Assembly: GCA_965223415.1 (NCBI GenBank)
Contig: OZ245002.1
Coordinates: 2,432,001-2,496,000 of the forward strand
Direction of reading: 5' to 3'
From: Myxococcota bacterium
GTDB lineage: Bacteria; Myxococcota_A; UBA9160; UBA6930
Length of the DNA stretch: 64,000 nt
In this document: piece by piece, positions 1-12,398 of the stretch
How positions within the stretch are numbered: position 1 is the stretch's first letter
Layout of the letters: each line of letters opens with the position of its first letter
Position numbers and translations under genes: made by a program
Notes under the pieces: model-generated
What the model was told of the DNA's origin: nothing
Databases searched by the model: none
The model's input: the letters and a program-made list of their open reading frames with translations, nothing else

Positions 1-1052
1 ACGTCGAGGACGAGGAGCGTCTGCGGGGGCTGCTGCGTGGGCACGACCTCGTGCTCAACACGGTCGGTCCCTTCTTCCGCTTCGGCCCCCCGATCCTGCG
101 TGCCGCAATCGAGTGCGGCTGCCACTACCTGGACGTGTGCGACGACTGGGAGCCGACCCTCGAGATGCTCGCCTTGACGGCGGCGGCGCGCGACGCCGGC
201 GTCACGGCCGTCGTCGGGCTCGGCGCGAGCCCGGGCGTCTCGAACCTGCTCGCGGTGCAGGCGATCGAGGAGCTGGAGCGCGTCGAGGAGGTCTGGACCG
301 TCTGGTCCCTCGACGGCGCCGGAAGTGAGCCGGGGGAAGGCGGTCGCGAGGGGCCGAGCGCCGCGACCGTGCACGGCGTACACCAGCTGACCGGCCGCAT
401 CCGCAGCTTCGAGGGCGGCGCCCTGATCGATCGCAGGCCGATGGAGCGTCACGAGCTGCGCCTCCCCGGCGTGGACCGCAAGCACCCGGTCTGGACGATC
501 GGCCACCCGGAGTCGATCACGTTGCCGCGCACCTATCGCACCCTGCGGCGCAGCACGAACGCCATGTTCACGGACCCGCGCGCCATTCGGTTGCTGCGTT
601 TCCTCACGGGGCTCGTCGACTGGCGCCTGGCCTCGATCGAGCGGGTCGCCGGGTGGGTGGAGCGTCTCGAGACGGGCGAGGGCGGCGAGTTCGGCGCAGC
701 GGTCGGCCCCGAAACGCCGCTCGAAGGCCTCCCGCCGCTTTTCGCCCTGGCCAAGGGCACGCGCGCCGGCGGGCGCGCGTCCGCGGCGGCGGTGCTCGCC
801 GCCGCTCCGCCCGGAGGAATGGGACCGATCACCGGCATCCCCCTCGGCGTCGGCGCCTCGATGTTGGCCGCCGGCCAGATCGACCGGCCCGGCGTCCATG
901 CACCCGAGGCGGTCGTTCCCCCCGGCCCCTTCTTCGAGCGGCTCTCGGCCTGGTGCGAGCCGGGCCCGCCGGAGGGCCGGGGGCTCGCGGTCCTCACGCG
1001 ATCCTGGGAAGAGCGGAGCCTGGAAGAGGCTTTCGAGGCCTTCTGGAGCTGA
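1..1052 (+). CDS. Saccharopine dehydrogenase-like NAD(P)-dependent oxidoreductase (5' end outside window)
   Basis: Frame is open from base 3: DLVLNTVGPFFRFGPPILRAAIECGCHYLDVCDD and GLGASPGVSNLLA, typical of the Sacchrp_dh_NADP family. Confidence 0.8.
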   Translation, partial: VEDEERLRGLLRGHDLVLNTVGPFFRFGPPILRAAIECGCHYLDVCDDWEPTLEMLALTAAARDAGVTAVVGLGASPGVSNLLAVQAIEELERVEEVWTVWSLDGAGSEPGEGGREGPSAATVHGVHQLTGRIRSFEGGALIDRRPMERHELRLPGVDRKHPVWTIGHPESITLPRTYRTLRRSTNAMFTDPRAIRLLRFLTGLVDWRLASIERVAGWVERLETGEGGEFGAAVGPETPLEGLPPLFALAKGTRAGGRASAAAVLAAAPPGGMGPITGIPLGVGASMLAAGQIDRPGVHAPEAVVPPGPFFERLSAWCEPGPPEGRGLAVLTRSWEERSLEEAFEAFWS

Positions 1053-1159
1053 GCTGCTTCCGGAGCGCCCACGCGCCTCTCCGCCCGAAGCTGCCGCTTC
1101 GCGAGCGGGTCCTAACCTGGGGCGGGCCTTCGGCCGATACGTCTCCCAAGGAGATCGCC

Positions 1160-1393
1160 ATGGCCAAGGCATTCGGAATCCTCTTCATCGTCGGGCTCGT
1201 CTGGGTCGGCCTCGAGGTCTACACCGAGGGCACCCACGGCGCGTTCGGGGGCGTCTTCGCCTCGTTCACCGACGAACCCGCGCCCACGGACGAGGAACGG
1301 GTCTCGACCCCCCAGCGAGCGGGCCGCGCCTGGGAGCGCGCCCAGGACACCGCCAGCGACCGCCTCGAGCGCCAGCTCGGCGAGGGCTACTGA
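1160..1393 (+). CDS. Small single-TM hypothetical protein (77 aa)
   Basis: AAGGAG RBS then ATG at 1160; hydrophobic N-terminus MAKAFGILFIVGLVWVGL. Confidence 0.7.
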   Translation: MAKAFGILFIVGLVWVGLEVYTEGTHGAFGGVFASFTDEPAPTDEERVSTPQRAGRAWERAQDTASDRLERQLGEGY

Positions 1394-1471
1394 AGAAACG
1401 GGGCCAGAGTTAAGAATTCAGTTACGCCCCCAAGGGGCGTAACTGAATTCTTAACTCTGGCCCCGTTTCTT
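1393..1471. repeat. Perfect palindrome with 38-bp arms and a 3-nt loop (REP/STIR-like; possible bidirectional terminator)
   Basis: AAGAAACGGGGCCAGAGTTAAGAATTCAGTTACGCCCC-caa-exact reverse complement; lies between two convergent stop codons. Confidence 0.95.
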
Positions 1472-2480
1472 AGCGGTTCCACGCCACGGGCATGGTCTCC
1501 CAGCCCTGGACGAACTCGGTCTTCAGCCGCTTCAGCTGGTCGGCCTTCACCTCGTACTCCGGGGCGTCCGCCAGCAGCTTCTCGATGCAGAGCTTGCCTT
1601 CCATCTTGGCGAAGTGCTGGCCGATGCAGGCGTGCACGCCGTGGCCGAAGGAGAGGATGCGCGGAGCGTTCCGGTGGACGTCGAAGCTGTCCGGGCTCTC
1701 GAACTCGCGCGGGTCCCGGTTCGCCGAGGGATAGAGGAACGCCATCCTCTGCCCCGGCCGGAGCGTCTTGTCGTGGAAGGTCACCTCGCCCTTCAGCTTG
1801 CGCATCAGGAACTGGGTGGGCATGTCGTAGCGGAGCCCTTCTTGATAGGCGCCCGGGATGAGTGACGGGTCCTTCACGAGCTGCGCGCGCTGGTCCGGGT
1901 GCTCCCACAGGCGGTGGATCACGCTGGCGAAGGTCTTCGGGAAGGTCTCGGCGCCGCCGATCAGGAACATCGAGAGGTGGCTGCCGGCGCTCTCCAGGTC
2001 GAAGGGGCCGTCGCCGTCCAGGTCCATGCCGATGATCAGGTCGACGACGCTGCCGTCGGAGACGCCCGCCGCCCGCCGCTTCGTGATCAGCTCGCCGAAG
2101 TAGGCGAACATCTCGCCCATGGCGGCGACACCGTCCTCGGTCATGCCGTCCACCCCCTCCTCGCGGGCGAAGAAGCGCCACACCAGCGCGTTCAGCATGT
2201 CGCTGTCTTCCATCGGGAAGCCGTTGGCCAGGCAGGCGACCTTCACGGAGACCTGGTTGGCGAAGTCGTTGAAGAGGTCGACCCCGTCCCGATCCCGGAC
2301 CGCTTGGTAGGCCTCGTCGACGATCTTCTGGATCTCGCCCTCGAGCCGGCGGACCTTGCCGGGCGTGAAGTAGGCGGCCACCTGGGTGCGCATCTTCGTG
2401 TGCCGGGGCGGGTTGATGTTGTTCAGCATCGGCGTCACCGGCTGCACCCGGGTGATGAGCTGGGCGACGGTGGTGCCCTC
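1470..2480 (-). pseudogene. Cytochrome P450, 5'-truncated by IS21 insertion
   Basis: Heme motif FGHGVHACIG, ExxR (EGLR), I-helix GGAET; frame continues upstream (EGTTVAQLITRV) and stops at the IS terminus at 2481. Confidence 0.85.
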
Positions 2481-2615
2481 TGTCGAGGGACGTCATCTCT
2501 TGCGCGCTAAGAGGACGGCTAGTTTTGCGCACCCCCCTGGGTTGATGTTCGGTTCTTCCTTCTTCTCTTCCGCTCTCCGAAGGAGAGCACGGCCGTCAGG
2601 CCGCCCTCTGGGGCC

Positions 2616-5194
<2,579 letters not shown>

Positions 5195-5200
5195 GGTTAG

Positions 5201-6470
5201 CAGGCTGCTGAAATTCGGCGCTGAGAGGCGCCAGAACGCCAGAGGGCGCGGGTCCCCGCGGCCCGCTCGGCTCGCTCTTCGATCCCGGAAGCGATCCGGG
5301 GTACCTCGTCTCGATGCAGGTGCGTCATGTGACCTCTACGAGGTTGCGTATGCGGACCAGGTTGTAGACCGCCGCCGTGAAGACGAACATCCACCCGACC
5401 CGATCCGTGCCCCGGTGACGCGTCTTTCGCATTCCCCCGACCGTCTTCATCCAACCGAAGCACTCCTCGATCCGCTTGCGTTTGTGCTGGCTGATCGCGT
5501 AGCCCTCGTGACGGACCGTGCGACCGTCGATCCGGCTGGCCCGATTCGTCGTGTGCTGCGCCACGTGCGGCGTGATGTTGCGCTTCCGGCAGCCCGCCAC
5601 GAACTCCTCGGTGTCGTAGCCCTTGTCCCCGCCCAGCGTGATCCGGCGCCTTCCCGCCACGTCCTCCGCCATCTCCAGCGCTGCCAGCCGCTCGGCGTAG
5701 CCATCGGCCTCCGTCAGCAGCGCCGAGACGATCAGGCCGTTGCGGTTCTCCGTCAGCAGATGGCCCATGTAGGCCAGCTGCGAGGTCTGGCCCTTCTTGC
5801 GCGCCAGCCGCGCCTCGGGATCCGTCGTCGATTCGTGCGTCGCGTTGCTCCGCCGCTCTCCCCGAAAGTTCACCGTCGGGTTGCCCGGATCGTCGTCTCC
5901 GTCGTCCCCCGAGCCGTCCTTCGCCCGGAAGCTCTTCTGGCTCGCCCACGCCTCGATCAGCGTGCCATCCACCGTGAAGTGCTCCGACGACAGAAGGCCG
6001 TGGTCCTTTCCCTGCGCCAGCACCGCCTCAAAGAACGCCTCCGCCACGTCCCCTTCCAGCAGCCGGTCCCGGTTCTTCGTGAAGACCGTCGGGACCCAGA
6101 CCGCATCCTCCATCCCCAGCCCTACGAACCAACGGAACAGCAGGTTGTACTCGAGCTGCTCCATCAGCTGGCGCTCACTCCGGATCGAGTAGAGCACCTG
6201 CAGCAACAGAGCCCGCAGCAGCCGCTCCGGTGGGATCGACGGCCGGCCCGTCGACGCGTAGAGCTCCGAGAACCGCCGAGACAGGCCCCTCAGCGCCTCG
6301 TCCACCATCGCCCGCATGGGGCGAAGCGGATGATCCTCCGGAATCCGCGTCTCCAGCGAGACGTAGCTGAACATCGAACCCTGCTCTCGGTCGCTGCCGC
6401 GCATCCTCTCTCCCCCCGACCCATCTTCTACCATCGAGAACACGGAAACGCAGGGTTTTTCAGCAGCCTG
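5201..6470 (-). mobile_element. IS5/IS1182-like insertion sequence
   Basis: 13-bp perfect TIRs CAGGCTGCTGAAA (5201-5213, 6458-6470) flanked by a TTAG duplication (5197-5200, 6471-6474). Confidence 0.93.
5325..6404 (-). CDS. IS5/IS1182-like DDE transposase
   Basis: GRPSIPPERLLRALLLQVLYSIRSERQL (DUF772-like), VDGT, GDKGYD and RKRIEECFGW. Confidence 0.9.
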   Translation of the reverse strand: MRGSDREQGSMFSYVSLETRIPEDHPLRPMRAMVDEALRGLSRRFSELYASTGRPSIPPERLLRALLLQVLYSIRSERQLMEQLEYNLLFRWFVGLGMEDAVWVPTVFTKNRDRLLEGDVAEAFFEAVLAQGKDHGLLSSEHFTVDGTLIEAWASQKSFRAKDGSGDDGDDDPGNPTVNFRGERRSNATHESTTDPEARLARKKGQTSQLAYMGHLLTENRNGLIVSALLTEADGYAERLAALEMAEDVAGRRRITLGGDKGYDTEEFVAGCRKRNITPHVAQHTTNRASRIDGRTVRHEGYAISQHKRKRIEECFGWMKTVGGMRKTRHRGTDRVGWMFVFTAAVYNLVRIRNLVEVT

Positions 6471-6485
6471 TTAGGGGGCGCCCGT

Positions 6486-6921
6486 TCATTGACCCGGTGG
6501 CTCCACGCCGACCCAGACAACGGAACTCGAGACGGATGGCAGCTGCGTCGAACGCCATGATGTGAAGGCCTCTAGCGAGAGCGGATCCACGGGAATAGGC
6601 CATGAGGCCAGGCGATGATTGGACCAGACGTACTCACGGACAAACCCCGCTTCTACGATTGCTGCTAGGTATTGCAGGTACGGATCTTCCTCTTCCCCGG
6701 GATTCCACTCCGCGTTCCAGGTCCTCGCGAGCATCTCTCGGGCCGCAGTTTCCGTTTCGAACGATGCATTCGTGCGGATGCTGCGGGAGACAGCTTCCTG
6801 ATTGCGTGCGCTGGTCACGATCGGGGGGTGCTTTCGCAGTTCTGCTGGCAACTCCTTCGCGACAACTAGAGCGTACGCCAACCAGGCGGTTAGAACGGCC
6901 TGGTCATGAAATGCTGCGTCG
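6486..6921 (-). pseudogene. Hypothetical protein, 5'-truncated by IS21 #2 (possible integron-type gene cassette)
   Basis: Open frame with visibly lower GC than its neighbours; stop followed by GCCCCCTAAC once IS5 is removed. Confidence 0.5.
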
Positions 6922-7029
6922 CCTCGGTGGACACCCAAAACCGGCCATAGAAGGACGTCTGAAAAGCGGCCATAGGGGCTGACGCCCAGGACGTTGACGA
7001 CGGCGAGGGACCTGCGATCCCCCGCCGCC

Positions 7030-8619
7030 ATGGCGAACCTTCTGGGCAACGAGAAACGCGAGCAGATTCTGGCACTTGGCCGCCTCGGCTGGTCGCTTCG
7101 GCGGATCGAGGAGGCGACGGGCGTGCGCCGGGAGACGGCGAGCCGTTACCTCCGGGCCGCGGGGATCGCGGTGCGATCTCCTGGTCGCTGGGGGCACGGG
7201 GCCCCAAACCCGGCCATAGAGGCGTCCACCGACTCGAAGGCCCCGGCAAAAGCGGCCAAAGAGGCGTCCACCGATCCGGCCTGGCCGCCGATGCCGGGCC
7301 GGAGCCCCCAGGCCAGCGCCTGCGAGCCCTACCGCGAGTGGATCGAGGCGGGCGTGCGCCAGGGCCGGACGGCGATGGCGATCTGGCAGGACCTAGTCGA
7401 TGACCACGGCTTCGCCTTCAGCTATGCGAGTGTGAAGCGCTTCGTGGCGAAGCAGCGAGCCGCGGCGCCGCGCGAGGCGCACCCGGTGATCGAGACGGCA
7501 CCGGGAGAAGAGGGCCAGGTCGACTACGGCGACGGGCCGATGGTGCGGCATCCCGGGTCGGGGAAGTACCGGCGCACGAGGCTGTTCGTCTTCACCCTGG
7601 GCTACAGCCGCAAGTGCGTTCGGCTGCTCGTGTGGAAGTCGAGCAGCCAGGTCTGGTCGGAGCTGCACGAGAAGGCCTTCCGCCGGCTGGGCGGTGCACC
7701 GCGCACCGTCGTCCTCGACAACCTCAAGGAGGGCGTTCTCAAGCCCGACGTCTACGACCCCGCGCTCAACCCCCTCTACCGCGATGTGCTCGCCCACTAC
7801 GGCGTGACGGCGCTTCCGTGCCGGGTGCGCCACCCCGATCGCAAGGGGAAGGTCGAGTCCGGGGTGCGCCACGCGCAGCAGAAGGTCCGCGGGATGCGCT
7901 TCGAGTCGCTCGAGCAGGCCCAGGCCTACCTCGACCGCTGGGAGCGCCGATGGGCCGACACCCGCATCCACGGCACGACCAAGCGCCAGGTGGCGGCGAT
8001 GTACGAAGAGGAGAAGCCGCACCTGCTCGGGCTTCCCATCGAGCCCTTCCGCTACTACCAGCACGGCGAGCGCACGGTGCACCTCGACGGGGCCATCGAG
8101 GTGGAGGGGGCCTACTACCACGCGCCGCCGGGCTGGCTGGGGCGGCGGGTGGCCGTCCAATGGGACGGGCTGCGGGTGCGGATGCTCGATCTGCAGACGG
8201 GGGAGCTGCTGCGCGAGCACGTCCGCCAGAGGCGGGGGCGCCGCAGGATGCGGGAGGAGGACCGCCCGAAGCGGACGCCGGCCACGACCCTCCAGCTGCT
8301 CGCGCGGGCCCGGCGCGCCGGCGTCCACGTGGGCGAGGTGTGTGAGGCGATCCATCGCCTGGACGGCGAGCCCGGGGTGCGTCGCATCCTGGGCGTGCTC
8401 TCCCTGTGCAAGCGCCACGGCATCCCTCGCGTCGACGATGCCTGCGCCACCGCCCTGGCCCTCGAGCTGCCCACCTACGCGTTCGTCAAGCGCTACCTGG
8501 AGCGTCAGCCCGAGCTGCCGCTCTCGCTCAAGCAGGTGGACCCGCTCATCCGCCAGCTCACCCACTACCGCGATCTCATCGATCGCCGCACCGAGGAGAC
8601 CTCTCGTGAATCTGACTGA
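7030..8619 (+). CDS. istA: IS21 transposase IstA
   Basis: ETAPGEEGQVDYG, VVLDNLKEGV and DRKGKVESGV. Confidence 0.92.
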   Translation: MANLLGNEKREQILALGRLGWSLRRIEEATGVRRETASRYLRAAGIAVRSPGRWGHGAPNPAIEASTDSKAPAKAAKEASTDPAWPPMPGRSPQASACEPYREWIEAGVRQGRTAMAIWQDLVDDHGFAFSYASVKRFVAKQRAAAPREAHPVIETAPGEEGQVDYGDGPMVRHPGSGKYRRTRLFVFTLGYSRKCVRLLVWKSSSQVWSELHEKAFRRLGGAPRTVVLDNLKEGVLKPDVYDPALNPLYRDVLAHYGVTALPCRVRHPDRKGKVESGVRHAQQKVRGMRFESLEQAQAYLDRWERRWADTRIHGTTKRQVAAMYEEEKPHLLGLPIEPFRYYQHGERTVHLDGAIEVEGAYYHAPPGWLGRRVAVQWDGLRVRMLDLQTGELLREHVRQRRGRRRMREEDRPKRTPATTLQLLARARRAGVHVGEVCEAIHRLDGEPGVRRILGVLSLCKRHGIPRVDDACATALALELPTYAFVKRYLERQPELPLSLKQVDPLIRQLTHYRDLIDRRTEETSRESD

Positions 8620-9367
8620 ACTCGATCCCGCACTGCGCAAGCTCCGGCTCTCGGGCATGGCCGAGCATCTGGAGATGCGGCTCCTCGAAGCCCAGAAGGG
8701 CGAGTGGGCGGCCATCGACCTGCTCTCGGCGCTCGTCCAGGACGAGCTCGAGCGCCGGCAGGACCGACTGCTGGCCCGGCGCATCAAGCAGGCCCGCTTC
8801 CGCGACGCCAACCGGACCCTCAACGGCTTCGACTTCCGCTTCAATACGAAGATCGATCGCGCCCTGGTCTTCGAGCTCGCCACGGGCCGCTTCCTCGAGC
8901 AAGCCGAGGACGCTGTCTTCCTCGGCCCGCCGGGCACGGGCAAGAGCCATCTCGCCCAGGCGATCGGCCTCGCCGTCATCCACCAGGGCCATCGCGTCGC
9001 CTACCGCGAGGTCCACGTCCTCCTCGAGGAACTCGCTGATGCGACCCTCGACGGCACCCGCAAGGAGTACCTGGCCGAGATGGCGAGCGTGCCGCTGCTC
9101 ATCCTTGACGACCTCGGCATGCGCAAGCTCCCCACCACGGCCGCCGAGGACCTGCTCGAGCTCATCATGCGCCGCTACGAGCGCACCAGCACCCTCGTCA
9201 CCTCGAACCGACCCGTCGACGACTGGGGCCGGCTCCTCGGCGACACGGCAGCCGTCACCGCCATGCTCGACCGCCTCCTCCACCACGGCCACCTGCTCAA
9301 GTGCGGACCCCGCAGCTGGCGCACCAAGAAGACCACGGCCTTGCCGAAGGAGGCTCCGGCGCGGTAG
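8606..9367 (+). CDS. istB: IS21 helper ATPase IstB
   Basis: GTG start after GAGGAG; GPPGTGKS, LLILDDLG, VTSNRP and AMLDRLLHH. Confidence 0.92.
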   Translation: MNLTELDPALRKLRLSGMAEHLEMRLLEAQKGEWAAIDLLSALVQDELERRQDRLLARRIKQARFRDANRTLNGFDFRFNTKIDRALVFELATGRFLEQAEDAVFLGPPGTGKSHLAQAIGLAVIHQGHRVAYREVHVLLEELADATLDGTRKEYLAEMASVPLLILDDLGMRKLPTTAAEDLLELIMRRYERTSTLVTSNRPVDDWGRLLGDTAAVTAMLDRLLHHGHLLKCGPRSWRTKKTTALPKEAPAR

Positions 9368-9446
9368 AACCCCTCTGTCCTGGGCGCGGCCCTTTGGCCG
9401 CCTTTGAGACGTCCACCTTTGGCCGGTTTTCAGACGTCCACCGAGG

Positions 9447-10021
9447 AGGCCGCGGACTACGAGGCCGACGACGTGATCGGCACGCTCGTGGACGGCCTCC
9501 TCAGCGAGGACTGCGGGGTGCAGGTGGTCAGCTCGGACAAGGATCTCTGCCAGCTCGTCACCGAGGACGGGCGCGTCGTCCTCCACGACTTCGCGAAGGA
9601 GACCACCCTCGACGCCGACGGCGTGCGCGAGAAGTTCGGCGTCGACCCGGCACAGATCCCCGACTACCTGGCACTCCTGGGCGACGCCGTGGACGATCTG
9701 CCCGGCGTCCCCGGCTACGGCAAGAAGAGCGCGGCGGCGGCGCTGGGCGCCTTCGGCCGCATCGACGCGATTCCGGACGATCCCGCGGGCTGGGAGGGCG
9801 TCGCCGTGCGCGGCGCCGCACGCCTGGCCCGGGAGATCGCCGCCCACCGCGACCAGGCGCTCCAGGTCCGCGAGCTCGCCACCATCGTGCGCAAGGTGCC
9901 CGGCGTTCGTTGCTCCCTCGCCGATCTCGCGTGGGAAGGCGCGCCCGCCGGCGCTGTCGAGGCCCTGTGCGCCGAGCTGGGCTGGGGCCGCATCGCCGAT
10001 CGGATTCCCGGCCGGGGCTAA
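9447..10021 (+). pseudogene. 5'-3' exonuclease/flap endonuclease, 5'-truncated by IS21 #2
   Basis: YEADDVIGTL, SSDKDLCQL, H3TH motif LALLGDAVDDLPGVPGYGKKSA; N-terminal half absent. Confidence 0.85.
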
Positions 10022-10070
10022 AACGCCACCCGCCTCCTCGGAAAGCCCTCGATTCCCGGAAAATCGGGGA

Positions 10071-10076
10071 TAGAAT
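10071..10076 (+). promoter_or_regulatory. Putative sigma70 -10 box
   Basis: TAGAAT about 40 nt upstream of GGAGG-ATG (10117). Confidence 0.4.
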
Positions 10077-10116
10077 GGCCGGCGCTGCGTTCTGCCTCAT
10101 CCGTTCGGAGGACCAC

Positions 10117-10827
10117 ATGGAGATCATCACCACCAGCGAGGGCTGGGAGTTCCTCTTCCGCTGGATCCACTTCCTCGCCGGCATCACCTGGATCGGCGTC
10201 CTCTACTACTTCAACTTCATCCAGACACCCTTCTTCGGGACCGAGCTCGGCGGCGAAGCCAAGAGCGCGATGACCCGCGGCCTCGTGCCCAACGCCCTGT
10301 GGTGGTTCCGCTGGGGCGCCATGTTCACCTTCCTCACCGGGTGGACACTCGTGCTGATGTACCTCGGCATGGGCGGCATGGATCTCGGCACACCGCTCAT
10401 CACCAAGATCCTGACCGGCGGCATCATGGGCACGATCATGTGGGCGAACGTCTGGTTCGTGATCTGGCCCGCCCAGCAGCAGGTGATCAAGTCGGCCGAG
10501 CAGGTGGCCGCCGGCGGCGATGCGATCCCCGGCACGCCGGATCGCGCGGCCCGCGCCGGCCTGGCCTCACGCACCAACACCATGTTCTCGATCCCCATGC
10601 TCTTCTTCATGGGGTCGGCCCGTCACCTGAGCACCCTCCACAACGGCACGAACGACATGGTCTACTGGATCGTGGCGCTCGTGATCATCGGGCTCCTCGA
10701 GGTGAACTGCCTGGTCGGTACCGGCCAGGGCCGGCAGAAGTACCTGGGCAGCGTGTCCGGCACGATCCACACCGGCCTCCTCGCGACCCTGGTGCTGTAC
10801 ATCGTCGGCGTCGCCCTCAACAGCTAG
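10117..10827 (+). CDS. PuuD/Urate_ox_N (DUF989)-family membrane protein without a cytochrome c domain
   Basis: FRWIHFLAGITWIGVLYYFNF, WWFRWGAMFT, MWANVWFVIWPAQ and ASRTNTMFSIPMLFFM. Confidence 0.8.
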   Translation: MEIITTSEGWEFLFRWIHFLAGITWIGVLYYFNFIQTPFFGTELGGEAKSAMTRGLVPNALWWFRWGAMFTFLTGWTLVLMYLGMGGMDLGTPLITKILTGGIMGTIMWANVWFVIWPAQQQVIKSAEQVAAGGDAIPGTPDRAARAGLASRTNTMFSIPMLFFMGSARHLSTLHNGTNDMVYWIVALVIIGLLEVNCLVGTGQGRQKYLGSVSGTIHTGLLATLVLYIVGVALNS

Positions 10828-10862
10828 GGCGCCAACGCATCGCTTTCTGGGGAAAGCGCGAC

Positions 10863-10900
10863 AGAGAGGGTCGGGGCCTCGCCCCGGCCCTCTCTTCGTT
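10863..10900 (+). terminator. Putative intrinsic terminator hairpin
   Basis: AGAGAGGGTCGGGGC-ctc-GCCCCGGCCCTCTCT followed by TCGTT. Confidence 0.55.
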
Positions 10901-11447
10901 GGACCGGGCCTGCGGCCCGTGCTCGCTGTGCTGCACCGTGCTCCGGGTCGACGAGCTGCGAAAGCTGGGCGGCACGGCCTGCCCGAAGCTCGGCCCGCCG
11001 GGTGACGGATGCAGCATCCACCCCGATCGTCCGGCCATCTGCCGGCGCTATCGCTGCCTGTGGCTCCAGGGCGGGCTCGAGGACGGCGACCGGCCGGACC
11101 TCCTCGGCGCCGTCCCGGATCTCGTCAGCGAAGGCGGCACCACTCGTCTCACTCTCCGCGAGGCGCAGCCGGGTGCCTTCGATGCCTCGCCTCGGATCCG
11201 GGCGATCGCCGAGCGCTTCCGCGAGACGATGCCGGTGCGCGTGTCCGCGACGGCGGATCCCCACGACGCCGACTCCCCCTACCGGATGATGCTTCCGAAC
11301 GGCGACGTCCATCACGTGGCCGGGGAGTGGACGACCGTCACGCACCCCGACGGATCGACGGAACGCCTGCGCCTGCCCTGGCTCGAGCGTCGCGTGCGCG
11401 GCATCGTGATCGCGCTGCGCCGCCTTCGGCAACGGCGTTCGCGTTAG
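10899..11447 (+). CDS. YkgJ-like CxxCxxCC cysteine-cluster protein (start uncertain)
   Basis: ACGPCSLCC...C...GCSIHPDRPAICRRYRCLW. Confidence 0.65.
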   Translation: MDRACGPCSLCCTVLRVDELRKLGGTACPKLGPPGDGCSIHPDRPAICRRYRCLWLQGGLEDGDRPDLLGAVPDLVSEGGTTRLTLREAQPGAFDASPRIRAIAERFRETMPVRVSATADPHDADSPYRMMLPNGDVHHVAGEWTTVTHPDGSTERLRLPWLERRVRGIVIALRRLRQRRSR

Positions 11448-11782
11448 TCGACGAAGGTGGCGAGATACGCCTGGATCGCCGGAAGCTCCGCCTCGAGGTG
11501 CACGAGGGGCACCATCGCCTGCGTGTCGCGCTTGGGCAGGTAGCCGGGCGGGTACTCGTTGCGGAGCACCTTCGCCTCGAGAAGCTCGAGGGACGCGCCT
11601 GCGACCTCCGGGCCCACCGGCCCGGGCTGGCGCGGATCCCGCGCATGGCAGGCCGTGCACACCGTGTCGTAGGCGACCCGCCCCTTGCGGGCGAGCTCCG
11701 CCTGCGGGTCCTCGCCGCCGCTGCCGCAAGCCGCGAGCCCGATCGCGCAGGACGAGAGGAGGAAGAGGAGGGGCGGCCGCAT
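11444..11782 (-). CDS. Monoheme cytochrome c lipoprotein
   Basis: Lipobox LAAC, CTACH heme motif, distal Met (QAMVP). Confidence 0.85.
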   Translation of the reverse strand: MRPPLLFLLSSCAIGLAACGSGGEDPQAELARKGRVAYDTVCTACHARDPRQPGPVGPEVAGASLELLEAKVLRNEYPPGYLPKRDTQAMVPLVHLEAELPAIQAYLATFVD

Positions 11783-11820
11783 CGAGGGCGGGATCCTAGC
11801 CTCCGCTACCCTGGGTGACG

Positions 11821-12384
11821 ATGGCGAGTCCGGCTCCTCCGGCACCGGCCCGTTGGCTCACCCGCGCCAATGCCCTGACGGCGGCGCGCCTCCTCGCTGC
11901 TCCACTCCTTGCTCTCGCCATCCGGGAGGGCGCGGCGGGTGCGGCCCACGCACTGTTCTGGTTCGCCGTCGCGACGGACCTCCTGGACGGGCGGGTCGCG
12001 CGCCGCTACGGCGAGGCCTCCGCCGTCGGTGGCCTGCTCGACCACGCCACCGACGCCACCTTCGTCTCCATCGGTCTGCTCGCCGTGGCCTGGAGTGGCC
12101 AGACACCGCTCCTGCTACCACCCCTCGTCGCCCTCGCGTTCCTCCAGTACACCCTCGATTCCCGCGCCCTCGCCGGTCGTCCGCTCCGCGCCAGCCGGCT
12201 CGGGCGTTGGAACGGGATCGCCTACTTCGTCTTGCTCGGCATTCCGGTGGTGCGCGACGGCCTCGATCTCGGCTGGCCGCCGAGGTCCTGGACCCTCGCC
12301 ATCGGTTGGGTGCTGGTGCTCACCACGCTCGTGTCCATGGGCGACCGCCTGCTCGCGCTGCGCCGAGCGTCGTCGCCTTCCTAG
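11821..12384 (+). CDS. CDP-alcohol phosphatidyltransferase family protein
   Basis: ANALTAARL and TDLLDGRVARRYGEASAVGGLLDHATD. Confidence 0.88.
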   Translation: MASPAPPAPARWLTRANALTAARLLAAPLLALAIREGAAGAAHALFWFAVATDLLDGRVARRYGEASAVGGLLDHATDATFVSIGLLAVAWSGQTPLLLPPLVALAFLQYTLDSRALAGRPLRASRLGRWNGIAYFVLLGIPVVRDGLDLGWPPRSWTLAIGWVLVLTTLVSMGDRLLALRRASSPS

Positions 12385-12398
12385 TCGCCGGAGAGCCC

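Larger units (their letters stand above)
6922..9446 (+). mobile_element. IS21-family insertion sequence #2 with atypical CCTCGG termini
   Basis: IRs CCTCGGTGGAC-N-AAAACCGGCCA with a second internal repeat at each end (6922-6978, ~9388-9446); carries istA-istB; no target duplication. Confidence 0.9.

Noticed and set aside
9301..10827. 508-aa ORF
   Set aside because: Only the part from ATG 10117 has an RBS and family motifs; the rest overlaps the IS end and the exonuclease in another frame.
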